From: Utricularia gibba
Taxonomy: Eukaryota > Plantae > Magnoliophyta
Assembly (NCBI GenBank): GCA_002189035.1
Contig: NEEC01000004.1
Span: 5,270,001 to 5,334,000 of the forward strand
Direction of reading: 5' to 3'
DNA length: 64,000 nucleotides
Shown here piece after piece: positions 1 to 11,338 of this stretch. Positions within the stretch are counted from its first letter, which is position 1; the number at the start of each line of letters is the position of its first letter. The notes below the pieces were generated by a model, which saw only the letters and a list, made by a program, of their open reading frames with translations, made no database searches and had not been told where the DNA came from. Both the position numbers and the translations under genes were made by a program.

Positions 1-67
1 TCAAAACGAATGCACCTATTAAAGAAAAATGGAAGACGAGAAATATTGGCCATGGTGAGAAACATAC

Positions 68-1046
68 CTGGAGCTCTCGAAATTTGTACTTCTTAAGGCT
101 TTTTTGAGTAGCATCAGCGAGACGAACATTTCGTCCACGAACAACAGCCTGCAGCTTCACAATTCCATACATACAATAGAGAGTAGCAGCAGCCTGTCTT
201 CGCACCAAATGCCCACGAATAAGAGCCTGAAGCCTTATGATACCCTTCAAAGCCCGAAAAGCACGACGAGCCTGCCAAATATGAGAGATACAGTATGCAT
301 ACGCAGGGCTGGAATCAAGTAAGAATGCAAGGACTTGAACATTCTCTCTCTTCTTTTTTTGATCTGAACTGTATGCAGGGCTAAAATATATTACCACATA
401 GCCCTTGAAGGTTGCTTGGACTATTGCGGCAGCATGGTTTTGTCTCTCCTTCTCAGCATCGCTAACTGGAACTGAAGATGCTTGCGTTTCCGAACTTTCA
501 GCAATACCAGATGCAGTACTACACAGAACACCCGGCAAATCCACCTCAATGCCCGTGTTCTTTGTTCCATTTTCAGTCAGCTGCTGAGGAGCTGATATGA
601 CTGGAGAATCCTCCACAGGATTCTCTCCTGTTGTCCTAAAAGAAGTCTTTTTTTCAGGTGTAGCATTCTGCAAAGATATATTTAATTACAAAAAAACTTG
701 CCACAGAATTACAAATTTAACCATGAAGCAAACAGGCCAAATAAGAAATCAAAATAAACACAATCCCAGGTAACATCGTAAGAAGTTTTTCTCTTCATTT
801 TTTACAGCTTCAAAGTCATAACTGATGCAAACAGCACCACTCCCACATCTCAAAATTGTATAACACGGACTGAATATAAAACAAAAAGAAAATTTCAGCA
901 AAATTAGAAGCCAATAGAGCATAATACCTATTTGCAGAAAGCCCAGCAAGGATAAAAACATGTTTTCTTACCTTGAGTTGTCTGGATTTGGAATGCTTCT
1001 TTCCAAAAAGAACAGCCTTGATCCACCTCCCTGGAGACTTCCCCAT
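68..1046 (-). CDS. IQ67-domain (IQD) calmodulin-binding protein, IQD28-31-like; 5' exons only, gene runs off the window start
   Basis: ATG at 1046 gives MGKSPGRWIKAVLFGKK (typical IQD N-terminus). Spliced exons give AAIVQATFKGYV|ARRAFRALKGIIRLQALIRGHLVRRQA...VKLQAVVRGRNVR (IQ67 repeats) with GT-AG borders. Confidence 0.9.
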
Positions 1047-2472
1047 CAACAGTTCACTAAAAGAAACCACTAAACATCAAGACACGAACTTCTGAAGTAA
1101 CAAAGAGTTAGGTCATTTTGAGATATCTTGAAAATCATAAATTGGAACTATTTTAAGAAGATCGGACGAGAATGTCCCTCACACCGCACGGTCAGCCGCC
1201 AACTAACCAAAAAATTATACAAAAATAGCAAATGTACAATCTGCAGGGATGGAACAACCCTCATTAGCTAGTGCCAGCACTGTTTTCATCTCAGGGCTCA
1301 TGAAGAAAAACTAAAAACAAGAGTAGAAGAGAAACACTCAGCAAGATCTGCACTCACTTGCCCAGAACGAAAATACACAAATTTCGATGGATTTTGGCAC
1401 AATGTCACTCAGATCTGATATTTTATACCTGGAATAAAACTTCCTAACTGAAATTTTACAATTTGATGATCCTACAGAAGGAGGAGGCCCAGAGGTTTAA
1501 AATAAGGGGACCTGCCCAGTCAGCCCGGAATTCACTGCAGTGACATAAAGCAAAGATGAAAAACCCTGTAGTTGCAATGAATTAAATGTGGATGAATTTC
1601 TGAAATTTGAAGTGAACTCATAAAAGGGGACCTTCCATGATTCCATGACAGCCAGCAACATAAAGTCCCCCTCTTTTCCTCTCTCCGTCTCTGTCTCTCC
1701 CTGGGTATGTTATCTTCCTTCTCCCTTATTCCCTTGTGCTGCACAATGAAGAAGATTAAGCTGCTGAATACGACTGCACGTACCAACTGCAGGAATTATC
1801 GTCACCTCCAATACCAATTATTTTCATTGATTTTTTCCCCCCTCGAGTCTTCATTTTTAAACTCGGCTTATTTCATTTATGCTAAAACTATATAACAAAA
1901 ATAGCAAAAACCCCAAAAAAAGCCAACTTAGATTTTATTGTTTTCGGTCATCCCCAAACGGCTTCCAATTTTCGTATCGTGTACGGAATTTTGCGGGGCT
2001 TCGGACCCGGAGTTGCGGCCAAAGACATGAACATTGTCTGAATATTGTTTACCCTCTTCTATCTCACTGTTATTTGGCCTGGATCGGAAATTATTTTTAC
2101 CGTCTTGCATCAATGACGTGTTTCCAAGGCATGATGCAGGTAATATTCGAATAAATGCTGACCAAACACAAGGACCTGCAAAGCGCAATGCATGTAATAG
2201 ATATTCGAATAAATCGGGCGGTGGGTATACAAAAAAACCTCGAACAAATTAAACGTCGGCGCAACAAAGATACTGGGTAACGAGAAAACGAACACTCTAA
2301 CAAGAGGTTGTCCACCCTCTGACCTTCTGCCTCTTGTCAGCTAACTTCTTCACCGTGGCTGTCAGCATGTCCAGAACGTTTATGACTTGGTACCTTGAAC
2401 CATGGAAACGAAAAAAATCAGTCATTCTGATGGTAGTATAAAGATCATACGAAGACTTGCGAAAGCAGGGAG

Positions 2473-5400
2473 CTAGTGACTGACCAGCCGTTCCAACAAT
2501 GCTGCGCTTTTGGAGAAGTAGCCAGAGAATCCCTGAGGCATTGAGGGGGGAGGAAAATCTTCTTCCGGCATTGCGAAAGGGCGGATCATCTTCTCCATTT
2601 TGTCTAACGTTAAATAAGACCCACTTTCCTGCAGCCTTTCTGGACCCATAATAGGCAGGGTGTGCTCCTGCCGGAAAGCAGCTGCCTCGCTGTCGTCCCG
2701 CTAATAAAAGATTAAGGGAATTTACAAGAGTTGATGGTCATTAGTATCGTATCGAACGCATGACCAAGGAAATAGAAAGAACAAGAAGGTTTACCTCCAA
2801 GGGGGATAAATCAGCACCTCTACTAAATGTCATCTCTATGCGGAACCTCTTTGGATCTTCCAAGGGAACCTGCATTTTGTTTAAGACGTTCAGCATGGTG
2901 CAACATTTTCCGATTGTTTAGACGACTAAACTTGGAGATCCTTGGAACCTACCTCTGTGTTCTCAAACATTCTCAAAACAATGTAGCTCATGTAATCAAG
3001 TTCCTTGGTCTTATGCAAGCGGTGCAGAGCACTATCAGAAACCAGGCTGGGTTCTCCTGTATGGGAATCATCCAGGTTGCAATAACGAAGAACATTCATA
3101 ACTGAGTGGATGTGGGATTCCTGCCATTTTCTAGTGGTTAGAATATCGCCCGTGCAGGCACTTGGAAAGACTTTATGACTACGCAATATCCACAGCAAAA
3201 TGAGGCCTACTCACAGATGTAAAGTACAGTCTTGTGCGAACATGGCGTTCCGGTGTCCTCACATTTGCATACCTGAAAAAGGAAGCACCAAAACGCTGAA
3301 GGATGTCACAAGTGGCCAAGGAGAAAATGTGAATATTTATACTTTGGGTCAAGGCGATATTTAGTTTCTTTGTCATCATCATCATCTTGATCCATAGACC
3401 TTTCACCGGTAAAGCTGTTTCTTCTGGAGCCATTATTAGTACCATTAGACTTGGAATTATAGCATGTATCTTCTTTCCTACTCTCGGTGCTGTGTATTTC
3501 TAACTTGGATTCACTACTGCTCTTCAGTTCTGCAACACTGACTGCTTCTTCACGTGTATTTCTCAAATCAATCAATATTTTTCCAAGCAAGCGACGTGCG
3601 ATCTGCCATTCCATTTTACCACATGGGTGAGAGGTCTAGCAAAATGAGACTCATGAGAACAGTAAAATCAACAAGTCCATCCCAATATACTTTAGCAGCC
3701 ATGGTTCAAAAAGCTGGGTTTCTTAGGGTTGTGACAAGGTTTCAACGCAGTGTTATAACTATAATAGAAAATTGAACCGATAATTCGATAACCAAATTTA
3801 GTACAAACTCTACCTTTGCCCCAATTTTAAGCTTGTGACTTGGATTGATGCCATACTCATTGGGGATAACACCATCCGCAAGAAGCTAGAAGAAAAAAAG
3901 AACCAGAGTAACACCTGCGCATCAGCTCTCACACAAGCTCCAAACTGGAGAATGCTTGTTTTCCATAAAAAGGATACCCTTTCATTTAAAAAAACAAAGA
4001 AACAAACTGAAGACTTGAAGAATGAATGCTGGTGATGTAAGGGGATCAGTGGAAACATCATAAATTACAGGATTACCTGGACAATGTTGAAGAGTTCGTT
4101 TAAGCACTTCAGGTTTAGATGTGCATTGTGCAATAGATCATACCTATCACGGGTAAAGTGGCAACCAAACCAAATCTCAAAGAGAATAGCAGATAAAAAT
4201 GATAAGTGGATGATTGTATAACATTTCAGAAAAATTTCCAAGTGCATAACGAGTGAAAGTTTGTCTGCTCATGTATGCAGCTAAGGTAATAAAATCTTGA
4301 TATGGGATAAGCAGTGGATGAAGCGTAAGATTACATTTATATATAAATCAAATAAGATCGCAAAAAATACGAGTCAATAACTTCTTACTTGGAAGAGTCA
4401 TAAACATCAGGGATTTGTGTTATGTCAAACCGCCTGAGAATCTAATCGAGTTAGTACAAGTTCAAAGACAATGTTATCAAAGTTTGATTTCAAGAAACAA
4501 GAGCAATCATACCAAAAGAAAAGCAAAATATAATGAGGGATAAAACGTACCCTTTACGTTCATTATACAAGTCCCTCTCAAGTTTCCTCCAGCGAGCATA
4601 CATCAGAAGGAACCCCTCACTACCACAAGGCAACCCTGCAGCAATTCGATCAACATCTATATTCGTTTTACCAAGAGCCTTAGCCTGATCATATGGGAGA
4701 ATGACATCATATGAGCTTGTCTCAGCAAGCTCCTCATCTTCATCCTTGGCTAAAAGCTTTACTTGCTCAGTAACCTTCTTAGTCAACTCCACCTGATAAA
4801 GAGTTCGAAATTCACCAACAACCATCATGCCAACTTAAATTAGTTCATTATACAATTACAATCACGAGCAGCCCTTCCGTACCAATTTCGGTAAAAGTTC
4901 AAATGCATTTGGTGGAAGCCCAGCACCATCAACCATCCATGGCTTTTCCACCTGGAAAACGCTTTTCCCAACTTCCCGTGCAGATGTAATAATCTCATTT
5001 AATCTGGCCTGCGAATACAAATCATAATAAGGCATACACAAATAAGCAATGAAATTAGCAAGAAAATACATCTATATCAGTTCAAGTTGTTGACTTATTC
5101 ATAACCATAATCGGTCAAAAGATGTACAAGTATATTTTCTCAAACGCCTATTCATAGAGTTTGAAGTGCAAAGTGAAAGCTAGCCATACTGCAATTCATG
5201 TTTTCTAGGTGCTCAAGTTGAGACCAACCTTGGCCTCCTTTATTTCAACTCTGGCATTGTCAAGTCCATCCAACATGGAGGAGTCCTTGCTGACGAGAGA
5301 GACCTAGCCCACGAAAGTATTACGCAACTGAATTCATTGACACATAGGCCATTAGCGACATCAAAGTTTTTACTAACCAAAATAGGTGTCAACTGCCCTT

Positions 5401-8400
5401 CCAAATCAAGGAGTCCTTTGGCAAAAGCAGCTGCAGACATCTAATGATTGTAATACAAATAATAAAGTGAGCTGTCATGAAGCTATTTTGGATGCATTAA
5501 AATCACAAATCCAATGGAAATTTGTAAAGGATTTGTCATAGGAATATCCAGAGAAAAATAGACCCAGTGGCAAAAAACAGACTACACGGAGGTAACCTGC
5601 ACACGCCCTTCATCTGAGCTATATATCTTTAGGTCATGACGATATGTACTATGAAGCCGAAGCAGACCTGTGCCTTCACCTGAAAAACATAAAAAAAGAA
5701 AATAAAGTTTTAAAAAAAAAAGATCAAAGGTATTGCCATTGAGAGAGGAATCAAAGTCTTCAAAATAAACTGATGCGACTTGACCAAGATATCCTAATGG
5801 AGAAAACAAAGAATAGCAAACTCTACATGAATAAGATTTCATAGCCAGGCGCAACAGATTTATACAAGAAGACTACATGAATAAGATTTGTCAAAGGAAA
5901 AACAAAGCGTCTCTTTGACCATTTTCCTATGAAAATCTATTGGTTTATCATGTAGTTAAGTATCTACATCTTAAAATAGTTGAAAATGACTCAACAGGCA
6001 ACCCCAAACCTGGGTACATATTATTCCGGAAGTATCTACCCAGTTCTTCAGCCTACAAAGAGAGGTGCTAGGCTTTCAAGATTCAAGAAGAACAACGTTT
6101 TACAATCATCAATCTGTTCAACGAACAGTAAATTTCACCTGCTTTCTTCCAGCATGGGTAAGAACCCCTCCATACTTAAGAACCATCAAGGCCTCAGTTG
6201 GCCGCTCCTCTGGTTCCTCAGGATTAGATTCATTAACAGCAACCCACTTTAGTGGCTTGAGTTGAACCTTTCTGTAAATTCCAGAGAAATGCCCCCCCTA
6301 GTTCCAAGGCGGAAAAACAACACAAAGAACCATCTTCTCTCAAGAAGGGAACTCTTAAAATCAATGGCACTAGGCATAAAGAACCATCTTACCAAGTAAC
6401 ATGGTCAGTAACAGACTAAAAACACACCCACCAAACTAACCTCCTCAAGCACAGCTTTTACTTGGCGAAGCTTTTCAGAATGCTCAAAGTCATCTGGTTC
6501 GCTATCACTTTCTCGACCAGGCCTGTCAATAAAACCAATCATTAACACTAGGAGTCATATCATTTACATAAAAAAAAATCATTTGATAAGAAAGACCTAA
6601 TACGAGGTACTAAAGTTCGTGTTGCATCCAAAAGATCTTGCAACTGAACAGCACTTTTCAATTTTGTCTGCAGAATCATGAGCAAATGAAGAAAGATTAG
6701 AATGAAATTGTTGCAATAATGATGTGGCTAGACATGTGATTGAAGGCATTAACACTCAATTACACCTCAGTTCTGGCTCTTCCACCATTATATTTCAGCA
6801 TCAAATTTAGAAGCTTTTCCTCAGTAACTTTCAATTTCACTTTCTGCTTTGGAGTTCTGTCACCACTATTAAGCAAAACTTTGTTATTCCAACAGAAGAC
6901 AATGTAGAGACAAGGGACAATATACAGTATCTTACTGACGAATTATTGCAATCACACATCTCAGTTCTTCACTTTGTCCAAATGTACCAATTATCCCACT
7001 TCCTTGCCGTGTTAATCCTTCAGGTGGTTGCACCTCTTTGAGCTTCCATGGTAAAACAGGAGGAATCGTTGAAGACAGATGTGGAGCTCTCGCATCAAGG
7101 AATATCTTTCTCAAAACACAAGCAGCATCATCATAGTATCTGCATCATCAAGCATTTATAGTAAGGAACCTTAAAAAATAAGAGAAAATCGTAGTTTTTA
7201 AAAGGCTAGTAAGACACTAGGAGTATAGGTTATAACAGAATAATAAAGAGAAAGCTTTCCACTTTTTCAACAACACGTGTCCAAAAATTGGCATGAAGCC
7301 TTAATTTCAGAGAAGAATACATACAAAAGCATTGTATGGGTTATATAAAATTTACAGAGAAAAAAGCCCACATCCAAGAAGTTACTTGTAAGAGTTTTTC
7401 ACAAAGCTCCATCCATTGACATCACAAACATAGGACCTTCCTTCACTACGTAAAAGATCAAATCCACAAACCTGATACAGCATGAAAAAGAAAATTGTTT
7501 AAAAAAGAGACAAATCAAAGCGGAGAACTACTAGTATGCAAGGCTGGTCGGAGATATGCATACACACATAAAATTAGCAACGTAATGTTTCACCATCCAA
7601 ACACTTTGCAGTGCCGAATGGTCAAATCTAACTAGCTAAAAAACATGCAAGGCACACGGAAAGATGTACAGCATAATTAAAAAAAAAAAAACTTTGCCTA
7701 TTTGAAATGCACTCACAGCTTGGCTGAATGCAAGGCAAACGTCTCTTGAAATTTGCTTTTCAGCAGGGGTAAGAAGAACAGGGTACCTGACCTGCGAATG
7801 AAATCTCGCAGTCAATCAAATAATCTCGCAAGAGTCATGTTACCAACAAATCACTACTCCAAAATGTCAAACAAGACAATCGACTGTTTATAGCCTCTCC
7901 ATTGGGCTATGAAAAATTATGCAGAAGAACAAGCTTAACGTCCTAGATTCATGGTAAGCAATACTAGGACGCCCATGCATGTGAAAGAGAGCAGCATTTC
8001 AAATGAGCAGCCACTGATCGACAATCATCTTGAAATAGTATTAGGAAAACTTGCACATAGAAAATTCAATCTTCATGCGCACAAGGACAAAATATGGTGC
8101 ATAATAACCAACACTTACTTCCTTGCCATCAGGGTTTCTCATAACAACACCATCAACAACTGGAGATTTCCTTGCCTCTGCGTGGGCATACTCAGGACCT
8201 ACTGTATATACCTAAATAGATAAAGAAATAAACTTCCTGATATCAAAGGGAGAGAAAGATACATCTGAAGACATTAAAATAGCGATAATACCAAGCATTA
8301 AGAATTTTCCACGAAAAAATAGATAAGAATATCATCCTGAGAAATGAACAAGTAGAAAGGCACAGATAAAGACGGGGTTCCATCAATCCCCAGTTCCCCT

Positions 8401-10395
8401 TGGATGGGAGAAACCACAGTTGGGCAGTCAGAAAAACCAAAATCGCTAGAGAAGAAACAAGAACCTGATAATTCAACTTCATACTGCAAAGTAGAGATGA
8501 ATAAAACAAAAACCTTCACATCTGTTCCCCAGTTGGCATGAATTCCTCATATATGTAAGATCCAGCACGTCTCACTCTTCTAACATCGGGGCGAAATTCA
8601 CTTGAGCGATTACCAACCTGAAAAATAAGAAAACACACAAAATTAATTGAAAAATGGTATGAGGAGGAGTAGCTAAAATGCCACGCATGCATTTTATAAA
8701 TTCGGGAGGCTTGAACAGCAATGCGCCATGCCATCCCATACATCCAAACGCATGACTGCAAATGTTTAGTAAATCCAGCTAGATAGCATCTGTAAAAAAC
8801 TCAAGCTCATCCAAGTTTCTCTTCTTATTAATATGTACAATTCGTTAGAAAATTGACAATCTAACTCTTACCTTGCGAAACAACTCCTTCATTCCCCCAC
8901 CAGCTGAACTGGGGTAATATATCATAATTCTGTGATCATCACCTTCAAGTAAGAAGTTCAGCATAAGATAGATATTTTATGAGTAAATATAACACATATG
9001 TTGGCATTTCAAGGCATCAAACCGAAAATTCAGTTCCACGTGGCTCAGCACCATAGAAGGACAACAGGAAAAAAAAAAAGAAAAGAAAAGGCATAGCCCA
9101 AAAGAAGGTCCAAAATATTCAACAGCTTCAATTCAAGAATGTCCATCAAGTGGGTAACATGGCAACGCCAACTAGGACATAAAAAGTGCACAAACCCAGA
9201 ACAGGTACCTTCAATTGGTTTCTCAACAAAAGGCTTAAAAAAGCGCTTTCCATGGACCTCAACAAAATCATCCTCCTCGACAAAGTAATCCAGATCTTGA
9301 TTTGGGTATTCTCGGTTAACCAGTGCATATCTTGGAACAGGAACACCAAACATTTGAAGCCGCTGGACTCACAATAAACACCAACACAACAACAAAAGTG
9401 CCATTACATAAAAAGAGGAACAAAAAATAATGGTATCCCAAAGAAAAATCACAATGCAATGACAAATAATCAACAAGCCCTTCGTTTTCATTAATCTACA
9501 GTTTTTATATGGATAATTGGTTAAAGACACGAGTCCAAAAGTATGGCAAGGAAATATCAACAAACCTCATATACTTTCCTACGATCGTGAAGAAGATGTT
9601 GTTGGCTTAATTCATTTACCAGAAACGGCCTAAAATTTGGAATAAGCTGCAGTAGTTAGCTCGCTTAGACAAGTGAAATTGAATTTTTGTCATATAACCT
9701 TGGGTACGTAAGTTGCTTTAACTGCTTTACACAAACTTTGAAACATGTTTGGTGCTTGAACTGCAAGTAAGAAGAGTAGAAGCACAAACTTACTTTCTTA
9801 GCGCAGCATATTCTTCAGCCTTCTCTAAGGGAAAGGAAGAGGAATGAAAAGCAATCAAGCATTCACATATAGGCCAGCTACATTTAAGTTGGACAAAGGA
9901 CAATGTTAATGGAATGGAAACGAAACGATTCAATTCTGCCATTACGGACAACCAAGAACCTAGCATGAAAGCATGCACGGCAAATCCGAGAAATTTCACC
10001 TCTCAACAGGTTCCTCAAGAATGACCTTGTCCCCAAAATGCACAATCTACATAATATCAATTCGTTTGCAAACTCGTAAGGATCACTTAAAAGAAAAACT
10101 AATGGAAATGTGATCGAGTTACCGAAAAAAAATTCAACGACAGTACCTCGAATTCTCCGAACGCCTCTAGTCTCCGCAAAATCTCCAACATCGGAGGTGA
10201 AAAAACCTAAACAAATCCAAACGAGAAAAGTAACGTGAAAAGAAGAACACTAAAACAAGAAACGATGAGAAGAACATGAACAAAAGGTTATAATCTCTTG
10301 AGTGGAAAGCGCAACAGATCCCCGATCACCTTCTTCTCCATTACGCAAACTCCTACGGTTATTTTCTTCAGGACAACCTCTTCGTCGGCCTCCAT
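2473..10395 (-). CDS. VIH: Inositol hexakisphosphate / diphosphoinositol-pentakisphosphate kinase (PPIP5K, VIP/VIH); many exons; one apparent -1 frameshift at 8527-8530
   Basis: ATG 10395 [22 protein letters not shown]. Exons encode [103 protein letters not shown] and [14 protein letters not shown]. Stop at 2473-2475, or a possible extra exon ending at 2337. Confidence 0.95.
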
Positions 10396-10642
10396 TCCGA
10401 GACGCCAAACCGATTCTTCCTCCTCAACAGGCTAACGTCCAAATCAAAAGAAAAATAAAAATCATCAACAAGAAACAAAAATACTCTAAAACATCGTGAA
10501 AAGTTTACGATAAGCACAATCGCCGTTGCCGCTGCCGGCTTCAGTGGTTCAGTTGGAAGTGAGAGGAACTAGCAAAGTGAAACTCGGAAAGGAAATGAGC
10601 GGAGAAGACAAATCTGGAATTCTGAACAAGAGGAGGATTCTG

Positions 10643-10650
10643 GTATATAC
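10643..10650. promoter_or_regulatory. GTATATAC: TATA-like core of the VIH gene that also fits the P1BS consensus GNATATNC
   Basis: Direct motif match about 250 bp upstream of the VIH ATG, just upstream of a pyrimidine-rich leader; a predicted 5'UTR intron lies at about 10432-10508. Confidence 0.4.
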
Positions 10651-11338
10651 TGAAGCGCTCCCGGCTTTTTAAGCCATGAGATTCTTAAAGATTTTCTGCG
10701 CCCTCAGTGGCTATCAATTAATTACCCCAACGCGATACTTAGGAGATCGTTAGCTGTCATTTTCCAAGCGTGTTTTTTCGTGAATGATCTCCGTTGGAGG
10801 AAATGACGCTTTTAGCCTTCCAGTCGTATTTGCGTAGTGTGTTTTATTTGGTAATCACCACATTCATGATTTGAGGTTTTATGGTAATTCCACACTGGAA
10901 AAAAAACCTTTCACCTAAAGAATGAAAACTGATGGTGCAGAAGAAGACACACTCACAAGAAAATAGATTATCTTGTTCCAAATAGAAGAAAATACAGAGA
11001 CTCGGAGATAGATAAAGATTTGCGCTCTCGGATTTGGGAGGAGGTAAGGAAGCAGCAGCCGCCGCCGCCGTGATTGTACGCTTCATAACAGTGGCGTTCG
11101 GATCCCTTTTCGACGTTCCTGCAGCTGACGTCGCCGTCCGCCGGAGCGGAAGCCATCACTAATATCGCCTCCTTCAAATTTGAATTTGTGGTGTCTACTG
11201 AAGACGCAGGCTCATGCTCATTTTCCTGTTTATATCTCTTCTTTGTTTCTTTTCTTTCGGGAAAACGCAATGCCTGGTTAATGGTTAAACCTCGGCTAAA
11301 ACCTCTGCATCTATTTGCTACCCGATGCTTTAACTGAA

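Noticed and set aside
2143-2215. 14-bp direct repeat ATATTCGAATAAAT between VIH and IQD
   Set aside because: Short and AT-rich; not a proper heat-shock element array.
4740-4752. 13-nt identity to the 5' part of miR169 (TAGCCAAGGATGA) on the minus strand
   Set aside because: Lies in a VIH coding exon (LAKDE), is in sense rather than target orientation, and has no hairpin.
5823-5889. 17-bp direct repeat CTACATGAATAAGATTT in a VIH intron
   Set aside because: Small local duplication with no TSD/TIR or functional hint.
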